A stretch of DNA of 64,000 nt from the human T2T-CHM13v2.0 reference genome, Homo sapiens. The notes beneath the pieces are model-generated. The model was not told the DNA's origin. It did no database searches and was given only the letters and a program-made list of their open reading frames with translations. Location: the NCBI RefSeq assembly GCF_009914755.1, contig NC_060927.1; one strand, written 5' to 3'. Position numbers and translations under genes: made by a program. Shown here one piece after another: positions 38,631-51,650 of the stretch. Positions within the stretch are counted from its first letter, which is position 1, and each line of letters opens with the position of its first letter.

Positions 38631-38989
38631 TATAAGAGAAAGAGAACAATAGTTTTTGAAGAGTCATTTTGCACAGAAAGTGAAGAGGAGAGAAGAGTCA
38701 AAAAAATTCTAGGGATTGAATATTTTTTAAAAAAAAATTTTGTCATCCTGGTGAACAGGAAAATGAATTGAAGATGTAAGATGAAGGAGAGAAGTTAATA
38801 CAGATGGCTTTGAGTATATTATATTTGGGATGTGCCAAAAGTAGTGCATGTGTCCACAAAACAATTTGTACAAGAATATTCACAGAACTTTAATGAGGTT
38901 TTCCCAAACTAGAAACATGTTACATATAATATTTATTTTTGCAGGTCAAATAAATATATATAACATAAATATTATATGTAACATGTTCC

Positions 38990-39180
38990 TTTTATTGAAC
39001 AAGTAATACATGCACATGAACAAAATTCAAATAGTTCAAATTGGTACATGATGACAGAAATAAGCTTTCCTTCCATTTTGGACCCTTTGTATTCTTTGCC
39101 AGAACTAACCACTGTAAAGAGTTTCTTGTGGATCTTTCCAAAAACGTTGTATGCTTATGTAAGCTTATGTAGTTATAAAA

Positions 39181-39222
<42 letters not shown>

Positions 39223-39830
39223 CACAATTTTTACCAAAATATGTTTATTATTTTGGTGTACCTGAGAGACAGCTCCATTTAGATTTGCTTTGGTGTCTTC
39301 ATGATGTCACAGCTTTTCAATGTATGAATATGCCAATACATTGTAATGTGTGTGTGTATATATACCTATATATTATATTTAACATATTTCTTATCAGTGA
39401 GCATTTAGGTTGCTTTTAATTAAAAAATTAAAATGGCAATTAGCATGTGTGTTTATACACATATATACATATGTGTATATATACTAGTGTGTGTATATGA
39501 GAGTCTATAACATAACTTTCTGAAAATGGAAGAGCTAGCTCAAAGGGAATATGAGTTTTACATTTTAAAACATAATACCAAATTGCTCCCTAAGGAGATT
39601 TTATCAGCTTCAATTCAACTACCTAGTTTCTCACATCTTTACCAATGGCTGTTATCATTGAATAATTGTTTTGCCATTCTGATAGTATAATTTCTTCAAT
39701 TTTTATTTCCTTAATCATCAGTTAGGTTTAGCACTTTTAATGTGTTTTTGGCCAGTTATATTTCCTTTTCCCTGATTTCACCAATTTTCTTGTTTTTAAA
39801 GATTCATGGCCCTTTGTATATTAGGGGGCA
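38990..39830 (-). mobile_element. Ancient L1ME-type fragment
   Basis: aagtaatacatgcacatg...aaccactgt...gagcatttaggttgc...ccaaattgctccc. Confidence 0.55.
39184..39215. repeat. (TA)n microsatellite
   Basis: About 16 perfect AT units. Confidence 0.97.
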
Positions 39831-41239
39831 TTAATTATAATGAATTCAGTTGTTAAATATGTATACTTATCAGGAGAAGAGAATGGGTCAATGGAAGGTA
39901 CATTCTTGAAGTCTCACCAGAAGGGGACAAGAGAATGAAGCAGTGTGACTATATAGTCAGGGCTCTCTTCTCAATAATTCTGAAGATATTAGGGTTTCTG
40001 TTTAATGGGTTTTCTAGCTCTGAAATGAGCCTAAATTGAAATATAATTATGATAAAAATATTCTGTCACATGAATAATAATTAAGTGGTATACATTTCAT
40101 TTAATGAACAGTGGAAAAATGATGCAAAGCATTCTTAGATTTACAACAAAGCATTAGCTCTTGCTCCTAAAGTAGTGAGTTAGCTTGGCTCTCTGGTGGA
40201 AGACTCATCTTAGTCTTAGGTATTCACTTCCATCACTCCATTTCTTAAATAGATTAGCAGAGATGGAATGTTTAAAAATTTAAGCACATTTTGGAGTTTA
40301 AAAATCAGATGGTATGTTTGTTTCTCTGACAGGCTTTGCTCCATCAGGTGAGAACTATTCTTTCCCAGGTTGAGATCAGGCTTGTGGAGTACCCCAGAGA
40401 CTGGAGATTTAATGTTCTCTTACCAATGGTGTTAAAAGTGGGATTTAGTGTTCTATGCTCAAATAAGGACAAAGGGCTGAGAAGCTGTGCTACCAGTAAC
40501 CCTTACAGAAGTCAGGAAGTATGCATGGGCCGCCCAAGGAACATAGTGAGGTTATGAATTGAATTCTCTTCTCGTCACAAGTGGCTAGTGCCCAGCCAAC
40601 CATGCAGTCCAGCAAAGAAACATTTTTTCCTCTTTGTACTTGAGTGATTGCAGCTGCCACTGTCATTTTTCACTGACCTCCAGGTGACTAAGTTTTTTAC
40701 AAAGCTTCTGTGCTATACCAAGCATGACAAAAGACCCCAGCTCATGCTTTCGGAGTCTCCAGGTGCTGCCTCCTATCTCCTTATTTATAGGCTTAGCAGA
40801 AATTATAATTTAGACACCATTTGCTAGATGAGTTCAGGGTTGAAATGTCAGCCAGTAACTGAATCACTGGCCATTGGGTGCCAGATGTTTATAATCTACT
40901 GTCCTGTGGAAACTTTGTTCTTGACAGAGATCTGGTATTTTAAAAGATACGAGGTTAGTCTCCAGATAAAATCTTCTAGTGATATTCATGTTGCTATCTG
41001 TTTTTATACAAATTCTGAGGAAGTAGAAGTGCTCTAATTAGAAAAATGTGCTGCATATCTAAAGATATAAAAATAGCAAAGAGATTAAGATGATGGATCA
41101 GAGATATGTCTAAGGGAGGAAAGGATGAGTGGTACAATAAGAAGAGTTATCAATGCTTGTACTGTGTATAGGGTATCTGCTGACCCAGAAGGAAACATTT
41201 GAGATTTTTGCTGCATTTCTATAAGTTAAAGTTGGCATG

Positions 41240-41880
41240 ATGCGTATAGTAACATCTCTAGGAATAGATTCAGGTTATGTGTCTTTAATAGTAGAGTCAC
41301 AAAACTGATGCAGTCTCCTCATATGCCCTAGTAGGTGGCAATTTCAATTTATTGCATTATTAATGATGCTTACTTTGATCATTTGATTGAAGTGGTGTCT
41401 GCCATGCTTCTTCACTGTAGCATTACATCCTTTTCCTACATCCTTTTACTTTGTACTTAAAAAGTATTTTGAGGGAAGATACTTTTAAAATCAAATAAAT
41501 ATCTCTTTCTTCATCATATTCAATTTACTCATTTATTTATTTCTTATTTAGGTTCCCTGTTTAATTTAGTGGGTTATAATCTGTTACTATCCTTATACAT
41601 TTTGATACTCAGATTCTCTCAGAGTTGGCCAGCAGGAGTCCCTTAGAGCTGGCTTCTTTGTCCTTTTTGACACTGTCCATTATTTTTTGAGTACTTCTTG
41701 AGTTTCTGCCACAACAACATATTCTAGTTTCATTTTGTGTTTTCCTCAACCTTGAAACCAGCCATTTTCCCAAGAATTCCTGGTTCCTTTACATGAGAAT
41801 TATATTTAAACACTAAAGTTTGGGTACTAGGTGTGCTCATTGATTTGGAGTGTTGCTGTTTGCAGGTCCTTTCCATTGTC
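41240..41880 (-). mobile_element. L1MC4/5-like fragment
   Basis: tagattcaggttatg...ctttgatcatttg...ccagccattttcccaag...gtactaggtgtgctcattg. Confidence 0.6.
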
Positions 41881-42585
41881 ACATATAAATATAGTTACTT
41901 CTGCATATTTTTAAAATAAAATTTATTGAAGTATAATTTATATACCATAAGATGCACCCATTTTAAGTAGACAGTTAAATGAGTTTTGATAAATGAAAAC
42001 AAGCTTGCAACTACCTCCCAAATTAAGATAGAGTACATTTCCATCACCCCAGAAAGCTCATGTTCCTTTCTAGTTATTCCTCTCCAACCCCACCTCAGGC
42101 AGATACTGATCTGATTTCTATCACATGAGTTGGTTTTATCAGTTCTAAAGTTTTATAGTAACAGAATCATATGGTATATACTGTTGTGTCTGGCTTTCTT
42201 GGCTCAGCATAATGTCAGTGAGATTTATTCACGTTATTGCACTTATCAGTAGTTTATTCCTTCTTATGGATGAATCATATTTAATTGTATGAATAAACCA
42301 TGATGGGTTTATGTCGTTTTCTGTTGACAAAGTTCTGGGTTGTGTCAAGATTTTGCTATCTTAAGTGAAGTGGCCAGAAATGTATATATACGTGTGTTTT
42401 TGTGGGCCAATGTTTTCATTTCTCTTGGCTAAATACCTAAAAGTGGAAGTACTGGTTGTATGAGATGTTAACTTTATGAGAAAGTACCACACTCTTTTCC
42501 AAAATGGCATTATCAGTTTATTCATCTACCAGCAATGTATGAATTTCAGTTGCTTCACACTCAGTGAGACTTGGTAATATCAGTC

Positions 42586-42893
<308 letters not shown>

Positions 42894-43154
42894 AGTAATA
42901 TCAGTCTTTTAAATTTTAGCTATTTGAATGGGTATGTAGTGGTGTCTTGCTATAGTTTTAATTTTTGTTGTGTTGATAACTAATGATGTGGATAATTTTT
43001 TATGTGTTTATCATTAAAATATCTTCTTTTGTTGTGTTCAAACATTTTTGACATGTTAGTGAAGCTGTTTGCTTTTTCTTATTGAATTATAAGAGTGCTT
43101 TTATGTTCTGGATGCAAGTCCCTTGTCAGACATATGTATTAAAAACATTTTCTT

Positions 43155-43500
<346 letters not shown>

Positions 43501-44162
43501 TCAAAAAATAAAAATATAAAAATTTGCTGGAGTTGAGCTAATCACTGCTTTCTTATAAGCATCACTTATAAAAGTGGTGCTTTTTGTGTCTAAGAATTTT
43601 TGCCAACTGAAAGTCACAATGATTTTTTCTATGTGTTTTTCTAGACATTTTATAGTTTTAGCTTTTGGGTATATATTTATAATGTATTTTGAGGGTTTAC
43701 TTTTGTGCTGACAAAGAAGAAATTAGATTATATAACGCATTTGAACTTTTATGAAAGCTCTAATAAATATGTGGTATCAAGGAAGATATTATTCTTTGTA
43801 AACCAAGGGAAAGTAACTTTGGAATTAAGCCAAGATTGGGTTTCCTTAGCCTTTTGGGTGAAAATATTTTGAGAAAATGCATGTAGGAATCAAATTCTTG
43901 AGTCTTCCAGATTTAGTTTTATTCTAAAAATTCGAAGAAGTAAAAATATACTTACCCTGAAATCAGACTGATTACATATTTTTAATAATTTTACAGCCCA
44001 AAAAGAATTTTAACTGCACTGGCCCATCCTTTACATAAAGTCCTGGGGAGTGATGTTTTTTCGCTATTTCTTTTTCTATTTTTTGTGGAGGCAAAACTGT
44101 TTTATCTCTTTCCTTCTGTTTGCCATTTTAATGATGAATATTAGCCAGGTTGTCTTTCCCAC

Positions 44163-44586
44163 TGTATTAGTCTGTTCTCTCATTGCTATAAAGAAATGCC
44201 TCAGACGGGGTAATTATACAGAAAAGAGGTTTAATTGAATCTCAATTCCACAGGCTGTACAGGAAGCATGGTACTGGCATCTGCTTGGCTTCTGGGGAGG
44301 CCTCAGAAAGCTTACAGTCATGGCAGAAGGTGAAGGGAGAGCAGACACATCATATGGTGAAAGCAGGAGCAAGAAAGCAAGCGGGGGAGGTGCTACCCAC
44401 TTTTCAACGACCAGATTTTGTGAGAATTCACTCACTATTGTGAGGACAGCACCAGTAGATGGCATTAAACCCTTAAGGAGAAACTGCCCCCATGGTCCAA
44501 TCAACTCCCACCAGGCCCCACCTCCAACACTGGGGATTAAAATTCCACATGAGATTTGGGTTGGGACACATATTTAAACTATATTA
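44163..44586 (-). mobile_element. MSTA/MSTB solo LTR
   Basis: tgtattagtctgttctc...aaactatatta; exact TSD cccac. Confidence 0.92.
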
Positions 44587-44633
44587 CCCACACATGAATG
44601 TTCTTGTCAGGACTATTTCTGTATATATTAAAC

Positions 44634-45256
44634 CAGAGTTTCTCAACCTTGGCGCTTTTGGCATTTTGGGCTGAATAATTGTATTAGTTTGCTAGGGCTG
44701 CCATTACCAAATATCACAGACTGGGTGGCTTAAACAACAGGAATAGATTTTCTCAGAGTTCTAGAGGTTTAAAGGTGTCAGCAGGTTTGGTTTCTTCTGA
44801 GGCCTCTCTTCTTGGTTTGCAGGTAGTCACCTTCTCATTGTGTGTCCTCACATGTCTTTCCTCTCTGCAAGCACATTTCTGGTGTCTCTGTGTGCAAATT
44901 TCCTCTTCTTATAAGGACATCAATGAGATTGGATTAGGACTCCCTCTCTCAAATGACCTCATTTTAACTTAGTCATTTCTTGAAAGGCTCTATCTCCAAA
45001 TAGAGTCATATTCTGAGGTACAAAAGTTTTTGCTTCAACACATGAATTTTGAGGGGATGCAATTCAGCCTGTAACAATAATTCTTTGTTGCAGGGGCTGT
45101 CCCGTGCACTGCAAGATGTTTAGCAGCATCCCTCACCTTCACCCACTGGATACCATTAGCAACCTCCAGTTGTAACAACCAAAAACATCTCTAGACACTG
45201 TCAAATATACCTGAGATCAGAGTACTGGAAAAATCACCCTTGGTTGAGAACTGCTG
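44634..45256 (-). mobile_element. MER20 split by an MLT1 LTR
   Basis: cagagtttctcaaccttggc...ataat, then ataattctttgttg...gatgtttagcagcatccct...ggttgagaactgctg. Confidence 0.88.
44680..45076 (-). mobile_element. MLT1A/B-type solo LTR
   Basis: tgtattagtttgctagggctgcc...aattcagcctgtaaca; exact TSD ataat. Confidence 0.9.
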
Positions 45257-45637
45257 TCTTAGAAAAACTTAAAAGTATTTTGCAGTTTGTTTATTTTCTG
45301 TCCCACAGTTTTCACCATGATTATATAAAATCACCCAATAGTTGAGATACATTTTGAACCCAAGATATTACTTGAGCCTGAATCTAAAAACCATATTATC
45401 TTTACTAAGCACATTCTTCTCACAACCTAAACATTCAGTGATCAAAAAAGTTTACATGAATTTGGGAACACAAATTACTGGGAGCTTATAAAATGCCAAG
45501 TAAAATGTTTTATTAATGTATCTATTTACCCATCTATTATCTTCAGTTCTAATCCAATGACACAGGAGTTTATTCTAGTTTTCTTTCCATATTTGTACTT
45601 CCCTTTTTTGACAATGAGAAAACTGGCTCCCTCTTCA

Positions 45638-45640
<3 letters not shown>

Positions 45641-45674
<34 letters not shown>
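45641..45674. repeat. (TG)n microsatellite
   Basis: About 14 perfect TG units, then ta tgtg. Confidence 0.97.
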
Positions 45675-45679
45675 AAATC

Positions 45680-46210
45680 TCCTAGGTGTCCAATCTCTCA
45701 TTGGCACTGTCACCAATGATGCCCCGTCTAGATATGCTTGGCTTCCTCACCCTTGTGCTGGGCTCACCTATATGCTGGGCTCTGATATCCCCTGTTCTGC
45801 ATGGACACCCTTCTCTCTCTGCCCAAGCTTTACACACCATGCTGAAGGACCCCAGCCTGGAAACCCTCCTCATCCTGCTTGATGATAACCTGAGCTAGGC
45901 TGTCTTTCAGCCAAGATGACCTTCTCACCTTACTTGTGCTCTGACACCTCATTCTGGGTCAGTCCTCACATGGACACCCTTGTCACCTCTCTCAAGCTCT
46001 GATATTCTGCACAAACAGCCCCTTTAATCCCAACTTGGAACCTGAGCCCCTAGGTCAGCCTGGTTCCCTGCACCTACACAGATGCTTTTTTAATCCTGCT
46101 TGGGATCTCATAGCTCCTAATGGGCTGACACCCTGCATGGATGCCCTTTTTGCACACTCAGGTCCACTTTGCTCCCCACTCTCTGGCATGGACACCTACC
46201 TTGCTCAGTT
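45680..46210 (-). mobile_element. L1MC4/5-like 3'UTR with degenerate internal tandem units
   Basis: Recurring tggacaccct(t/c)ctcacc...gctctgaca motif. Confidence 0.55.
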
Positions 46211-48749
46211 CATCAAATATCCTTGGACTCATTATTTTCAGAAAGGGTAAGGAAGAAGATAGAGGCAAAAAAGATTTTTGAAGAAACTTCAAATGGAATA
46301 AAGAGGGCTTGATCAGGAGAGACTTTGTTTAAATCAAGGTTTATTATCTTTCTCCCCAGACTAACACTTTCTTCTTTTTCTATCTGTTGTAGCATTCTCA
46401 TAATCTTAAACTCTGGTGAAAACAGAAAATTATTGTCAGTGAACATCTACTAAATACAGGTTAGAAAATAATTTTTGTGAGAAGTTTTCCAAGCCATGGG
46501 AGTTTCTTCCTTATCCTAAGTACCTTGAAATAATTTTCTTTCTTTGGAGTTGTAAAGGCTTGGGATCATATAATGAAAAAGAAACACTTCTTACTAAAAT
46601 GTCGTAAGAATGCCAACTTCTCCTGTGTCTTTGGCCCCTGGGGTGGGAAGGCAACTTTTCATGTTGAACAAGGATTATATCCTGGCATCACAAATCTGTT
46701 TAAACCTTGGAAATCAAACGTACTGATTCCTCTTCCAAAAACTGTCATTAATTCATTGTTTCGTTAGACAGGTCCTGGACTTTGGTTTCTCTTCTGGTAA
46801 AGTGAGAACAGTGTCTCCCATTAGCCAAAATAAGCAGAGGTCAGTGAAATAACAATGTAACACCAAGACATGGTGCACTTCTCAGGTGAAAACTTTTATG
46901 TAAGTACCAAGTATTGATTTATTTCTAAAATACCATTATCTTTATTAGAAACACTCCAGAGGGCAAAATACTTTCATTGTTTTGGAAATTAAACAAAAGT
47001 ACAAGCAAATATTGGCTTAAAATGTAACTAACTGGACCATTTTAAAGATAATAATTCATATCACTGACATTCAAAATAAAACAATCATGTAAAATGAATT
47101 TTTTGGTTGTTTGTGATGGGAAAGTACAGAGGCTGGCTTTTTGGTCATGGAGTTTAATAAAGTTAATAGAAATTTGTGGATGTTTGGAGAAAGACAGATT
47201 GACCAAATTACCCCTGGAATACTTTTATTGTATTTTATCCCATCTATTTTATTCTCTCTTTCATAAAAGAAAATATCAGAGCTTTTAAACTTTGAGTTTA
47301 CGACCCTTAGATTTTATTATAAACTATCAGTTCTGCCCTTAACAAGCCCCTTGGTCCAATTTCCTCTATATTTTATTGACTAAATGACTTTGGCTGAATT
47401 ACATTCAGATAAAGTTGTCAATTGTTGTAGTTGGCCTGAGAGGCCAAATGATCAAATTGAAAGCATAAGGTGTCCCAAGTACTGGGTTCATACACAAGGT
47501 CTGTGGAATTTTAGTTATTTTCCTCTTTAGGCCTCAGTTTCACTTGTCAAAGGATAAATATGTCAAAATTTATTCATCTCAGGTTGCCTTGTGTGACACT
47601 AAATAAATGCAAAAACAAGTTTTGAAATTCTAGAATGCTATGTGGTGGAAGACACTAATCTTTATATTCAGTTTGATATATATTTATATTCTAACATAAT
47701 CTCCATTTGTTCAGTGAATTTATCTTTACTCCAACATTGATTGTACTTTCCAACTACTTTTCTCTATGCAGTGGAACCACTATTCCTCTAATCACATAGG
47801 CTGGAGATTTTATAGAACCATTCTAATTTTCTGTTAATTTTTTCTGATTTCTCCAATTTTTTATCAGGCTTCATTATTTCTTCCTCCATGTTACAGCTCA
47901 GCTTTACTGTTTCACTCAATTGTCATTGCTATCAATCTATATTGAACTTGTCTTCTTTAGTAATAAGTCAGGAGACAGTGTAGCAGGAAGCATGTTCAGC
48001 ATTTTTCCACTTGGGAGCCTTACCTCACAGAAAAGCGCTTAAACACAAAAGAGGCTTTGGCCACATTTTAGCTAAAACTCCTCAGCAGAAAGCAGAATTG
48101 GCTTTTATGCCTCATATGCCAAATTCTGTTTTGGTAGAGGTACTTTGAAGGTACCTAAACTTGCACAAAAGGAGAGCATGATATCAAGACGATAGAGGCT
48201 ACAGACTATACAGAAGAAATATGGGAAAGGAATTGTAATTATAGGTGGGGAAAAGGTTCTCCAAAGAACTGAGATTGTCCTGCTCATGAACAGAGCATAA
48301 GATTAGAGTGAGTGATATTTGGAAATCTGGCGTAGGAAACAGTCAGCACCTAGGAAACTCGTTATCAGAAAGCAGAGCCTCAGCCTGTAGGTGGGAACGT
48401 AGATCTTTGGAGAGACTGTTAAGAGCCAGTACTGTCACTAGACAAAGGCAAGGAACTGACTGTACAAGAGTTTACAAGGTATTCAGATCCAGCTAATTAG
48501 AGATGGGAATCTGGTAGTTGAGCCAAATAAGAAAATAAGTAAGGAGGAAAATAAGTAAGCATCTTAAATGCAAAGTGAATGATGTTCACCTCTACAAATT
48601 TGGGTCAAAGCTCATCAAATCCTTTTTATCTGAAGTCAAATTTGTCCTAGGGATTGAGGTGTTGCTGAAGCTAATTCAGCTATGGAGAAAGGAGTCCTCA
48701 AGAGGCTTGGAATGAGGCAAGGTTGGCTGACAGTTGCATTGTCAGGAAA

Positions 48750-48920
48750 AGAAAACTGGCTTTAAAATCAAGACACATGGACCCTAGGCCATTCTCTTAC
48801 TACCTTGTGACTATGAGCAAGTTACTGACATTTTTTAGCATTAGTTTTGTCATCTATGAAGTGGTGATAATATTGTCTGTGTAATAAGAATATTGTAAGG
48901 TTTAAATAAAATGATAGAGT
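48750..48920 (+). mobile_element. MIR
   Basis: ttgtgactatgagcaagttact...tcatctatgaagtggtgataata...ttgtaaggtttaaat. Confidence 0.7.
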
Positions 48921-49023
48921 TTTGGGGACTACAATGGGCAATATATTCATTGATATTCTGATTTAAAAAATGACATTTCTACTACGTTCATGAGTAAAGC
49001 AAAGAGATTTATAAAACTTTTGA

Positions 49024-49294
<271 letters not shown>

Positions 49295-49542
49295 AGGAGT
49301 CACATTCTTAAACAAAATTAGTGTTGTTAATTGTTTTTGGAGCAAATGTGAATAAATCATCTTTTTGTTCAACAAATATTTCTTGAGTATCTATTACATG
49401 CCAGGCACTGCTTTAAGTCTTGGCCATGGAGCTAACATTCCGGTTGGGAGAGATGGGCTCCAATGAACATAATGTAATACATTAAAATGAGTTAACTGTT
49501 AAGAAAAAAATAAAGCAAGAGAAGTAGAGGGTTGCAATTTTA

Positions 49543-50184
49543 TTTTGTTGAATTGTCTATCTGTATTCCTTTGGATCTCACTGAGTTTCCTTAAAGTTAT
49601 TATTTTGAACTACTTTTCTGGCATTTTGTATGTTTCTTTATCATTGGGGCCTATTACTGGAGAATTACTGTGTTCTTTTGGAGGCATCATGTTTCCTGGC
49701 TTTTTCATGTTTATATGTTTCTAGTTTGATTTCAATGCATCTGGTGAAATAGTCACCTCTTCCAATTTTATGGAGTAGGTTTTGTAGAGAAACATTTATT
49801 CATATGAATGGGACTTGGGGGTGTCAGTTAGATGGGGTGCATTGCCTCTGGTTCTAGGTAGATGCAATAGTGTAGTCTCTACCTAAGTTTTTCAGCCATA
49901 AGTCACACTAATGACATATGGGAGTTTCTCAGTGGCTTGGGCTGCAAGGGCTTGTGGCAGCAGGCATGTGGCTCTGCTGATGATGGACTCGCCAGGTTTC
50001 TTAGGACAGGTGCACATGGTGGGTCAGCTGACTTGGGGTTTGGATCTCTGGGGTTGTGGTCCTGGGGTTATTTCTCTGGCCAGGAGCATGGATGCACAGT
50101 TGCTCAGCTGGCCTGGGGGTGTTTCAGTTGTGAGTGGCCTGTGAGGTTGTTTCTTAGACCTGGGATGGGGTGCAAGGTTGCAGA
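49543..50184 (-). mobile_element. L1M 5'UTR/ORF1 internal fragment
   Basis: gatctcactgagtttccttaa...tgttcttttggaggcatcatgtttcc...; flanked by the direct repeat ttgcaatttta. Confidence 0.65.
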
Positions 50185-50338
50185 TTGCAATTTTAAGTGG
50201 AGTAGTTAGGGTAGACTTCATTGGAAAGGAGATACTTTAAACAAGGATTTGTGGAAGTGAGTGAGTAAGCTGTGTGAATACTTGAGGGAAGAGTGATTCA
50301 GGCAGAGGTAATAGCCAACGCAAAGGCCTTTAGAGCAG

Positions 50339-50880
50339 TGTATTCGTCAGGGTGTTCTAGAGGGACAGAACTAATAGGATAGGTGTATATATGAAGGGGA
50401 GCTTATAAAGGAGTATTGACACATGTTCACAAAGTGAAGTCCCACAATACGCCATCTGCAAGCTGAGGAGCAAGGAAGCCAGCCTGAGTCCAAAAACCTC
50501 AAATGTAGGGAGGCTGATAGTGCAGCCTTCAGTCTGCAGCCAAAGGCCTGAGAGCCCTTGGCACTGGTATAGGCCCAAGAGCCCAAAAGCTGAAGATGTT
50601 GGAGTCCGATGTTTGAGGGCAGGAAGCATCCAGCATGGGAGAAAGATGGAGACAAGAAGACTCAGCAAGTCAACTCTTTCCACCCTTTTATGCCTGCTTT
50701 ATTCTAGCTGTGCTGGCAGCTGATTAGATGGTACCCACCCAGACCGAGGATGGCTCTGCCTCTCCCAGTCCAGTGACTCAGATGTTAATCTCCTTTGGCA
50801 ATACCCTAATAGACACACACAGGATCAACACTTTGCATCCTTCAATCCAATCAAGTTGACACTCAATATTAACCATCACA
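50339..50880 (-). mobile_element. MLT2A (A2-like) ERVL solo LTR
   Basis: tgtatt...ctagagggacagaactaatagga...caatccaatcaagttgacactcaatattaaccatcaca. Confidence 0.93.
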
Positions 50881-51038
50881 AGAAGGTATAAGAAAACTAT
50901 AGCCTGTGGGCTATATCTGGCCTGTCAACTGTTTTTATCAGTAAAGGTTTATTGTCACACAGCTATGCACATTTGTTTCCCTTTGTGTATGGCTTCTTTT
51001 ATGCTAAATCAGCAGAGTTGAATAGTTGCAATAGAAAC

Positions 51039-51650
51039 ATATTCACAATAGCCAAGATGTGGAAACAACCTAAGTGTCTGTCATGGATCAATGGATAAAA
51101 ACAACTGTGGTATATATATATATAATGGAATATTATTCAACCTCAAAAAAAACGAGATCCTGCCATCTGTGACCACATGGATGAACCAGGAGGACATTAT
51201 GCTAAGTGAAATAAGACACGAACAGAAAGACAAATACTACATGATTTCACTTACATGTGGAATCTAAAAAAAAATCAAATTCTTAGAAGCAGAGAGTAGA
51301 TGATAGTTACCAGGGGCAGGAGTGGGGTGGGGCTGTGTGTTGTTGGGGAGGTGGGGAAATGAGACGACATCGGTTAAAAGGTACAATGTTTCAGTTATGT
51401 AGGATGAATAAATTCTAGAGATCCAATGTACAGCATTGGGACTATAGTTAATAATACTGTACTGTATACTTGAAATTTACTAAGAGAGTAGATCTTCAGT
51501 GTTCTCACCACAAATGCAGAAAGGTAAATAGGTGGAGATGGATATGTTAATTAGCTTGACAGTAGTAATTAGTGCACTAAGTATATGTATATCAAAACAC
51601 CATGTTGTACACCTTAAATATATACAGTTTTTATTAAGTAAAATAAAGAT
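51039..51650 (+). mobile_element. L1MA8-10-like 3' fragment
   Basis: ttcacaatagccaagatgtggaaacaacctaag...ggaggacattatgctaagtg...gttgtacaccttaaatatatac. Confidence 0.88.

Noticed and set aside
45700-46210. Spaced degenerate repeats that superficially resemble a CRISPR or novel array
   Set aside because: Units are irregular and diverged, the context is eukaryotic, and the motif fits the L1MC4/5 3'UTR repeats
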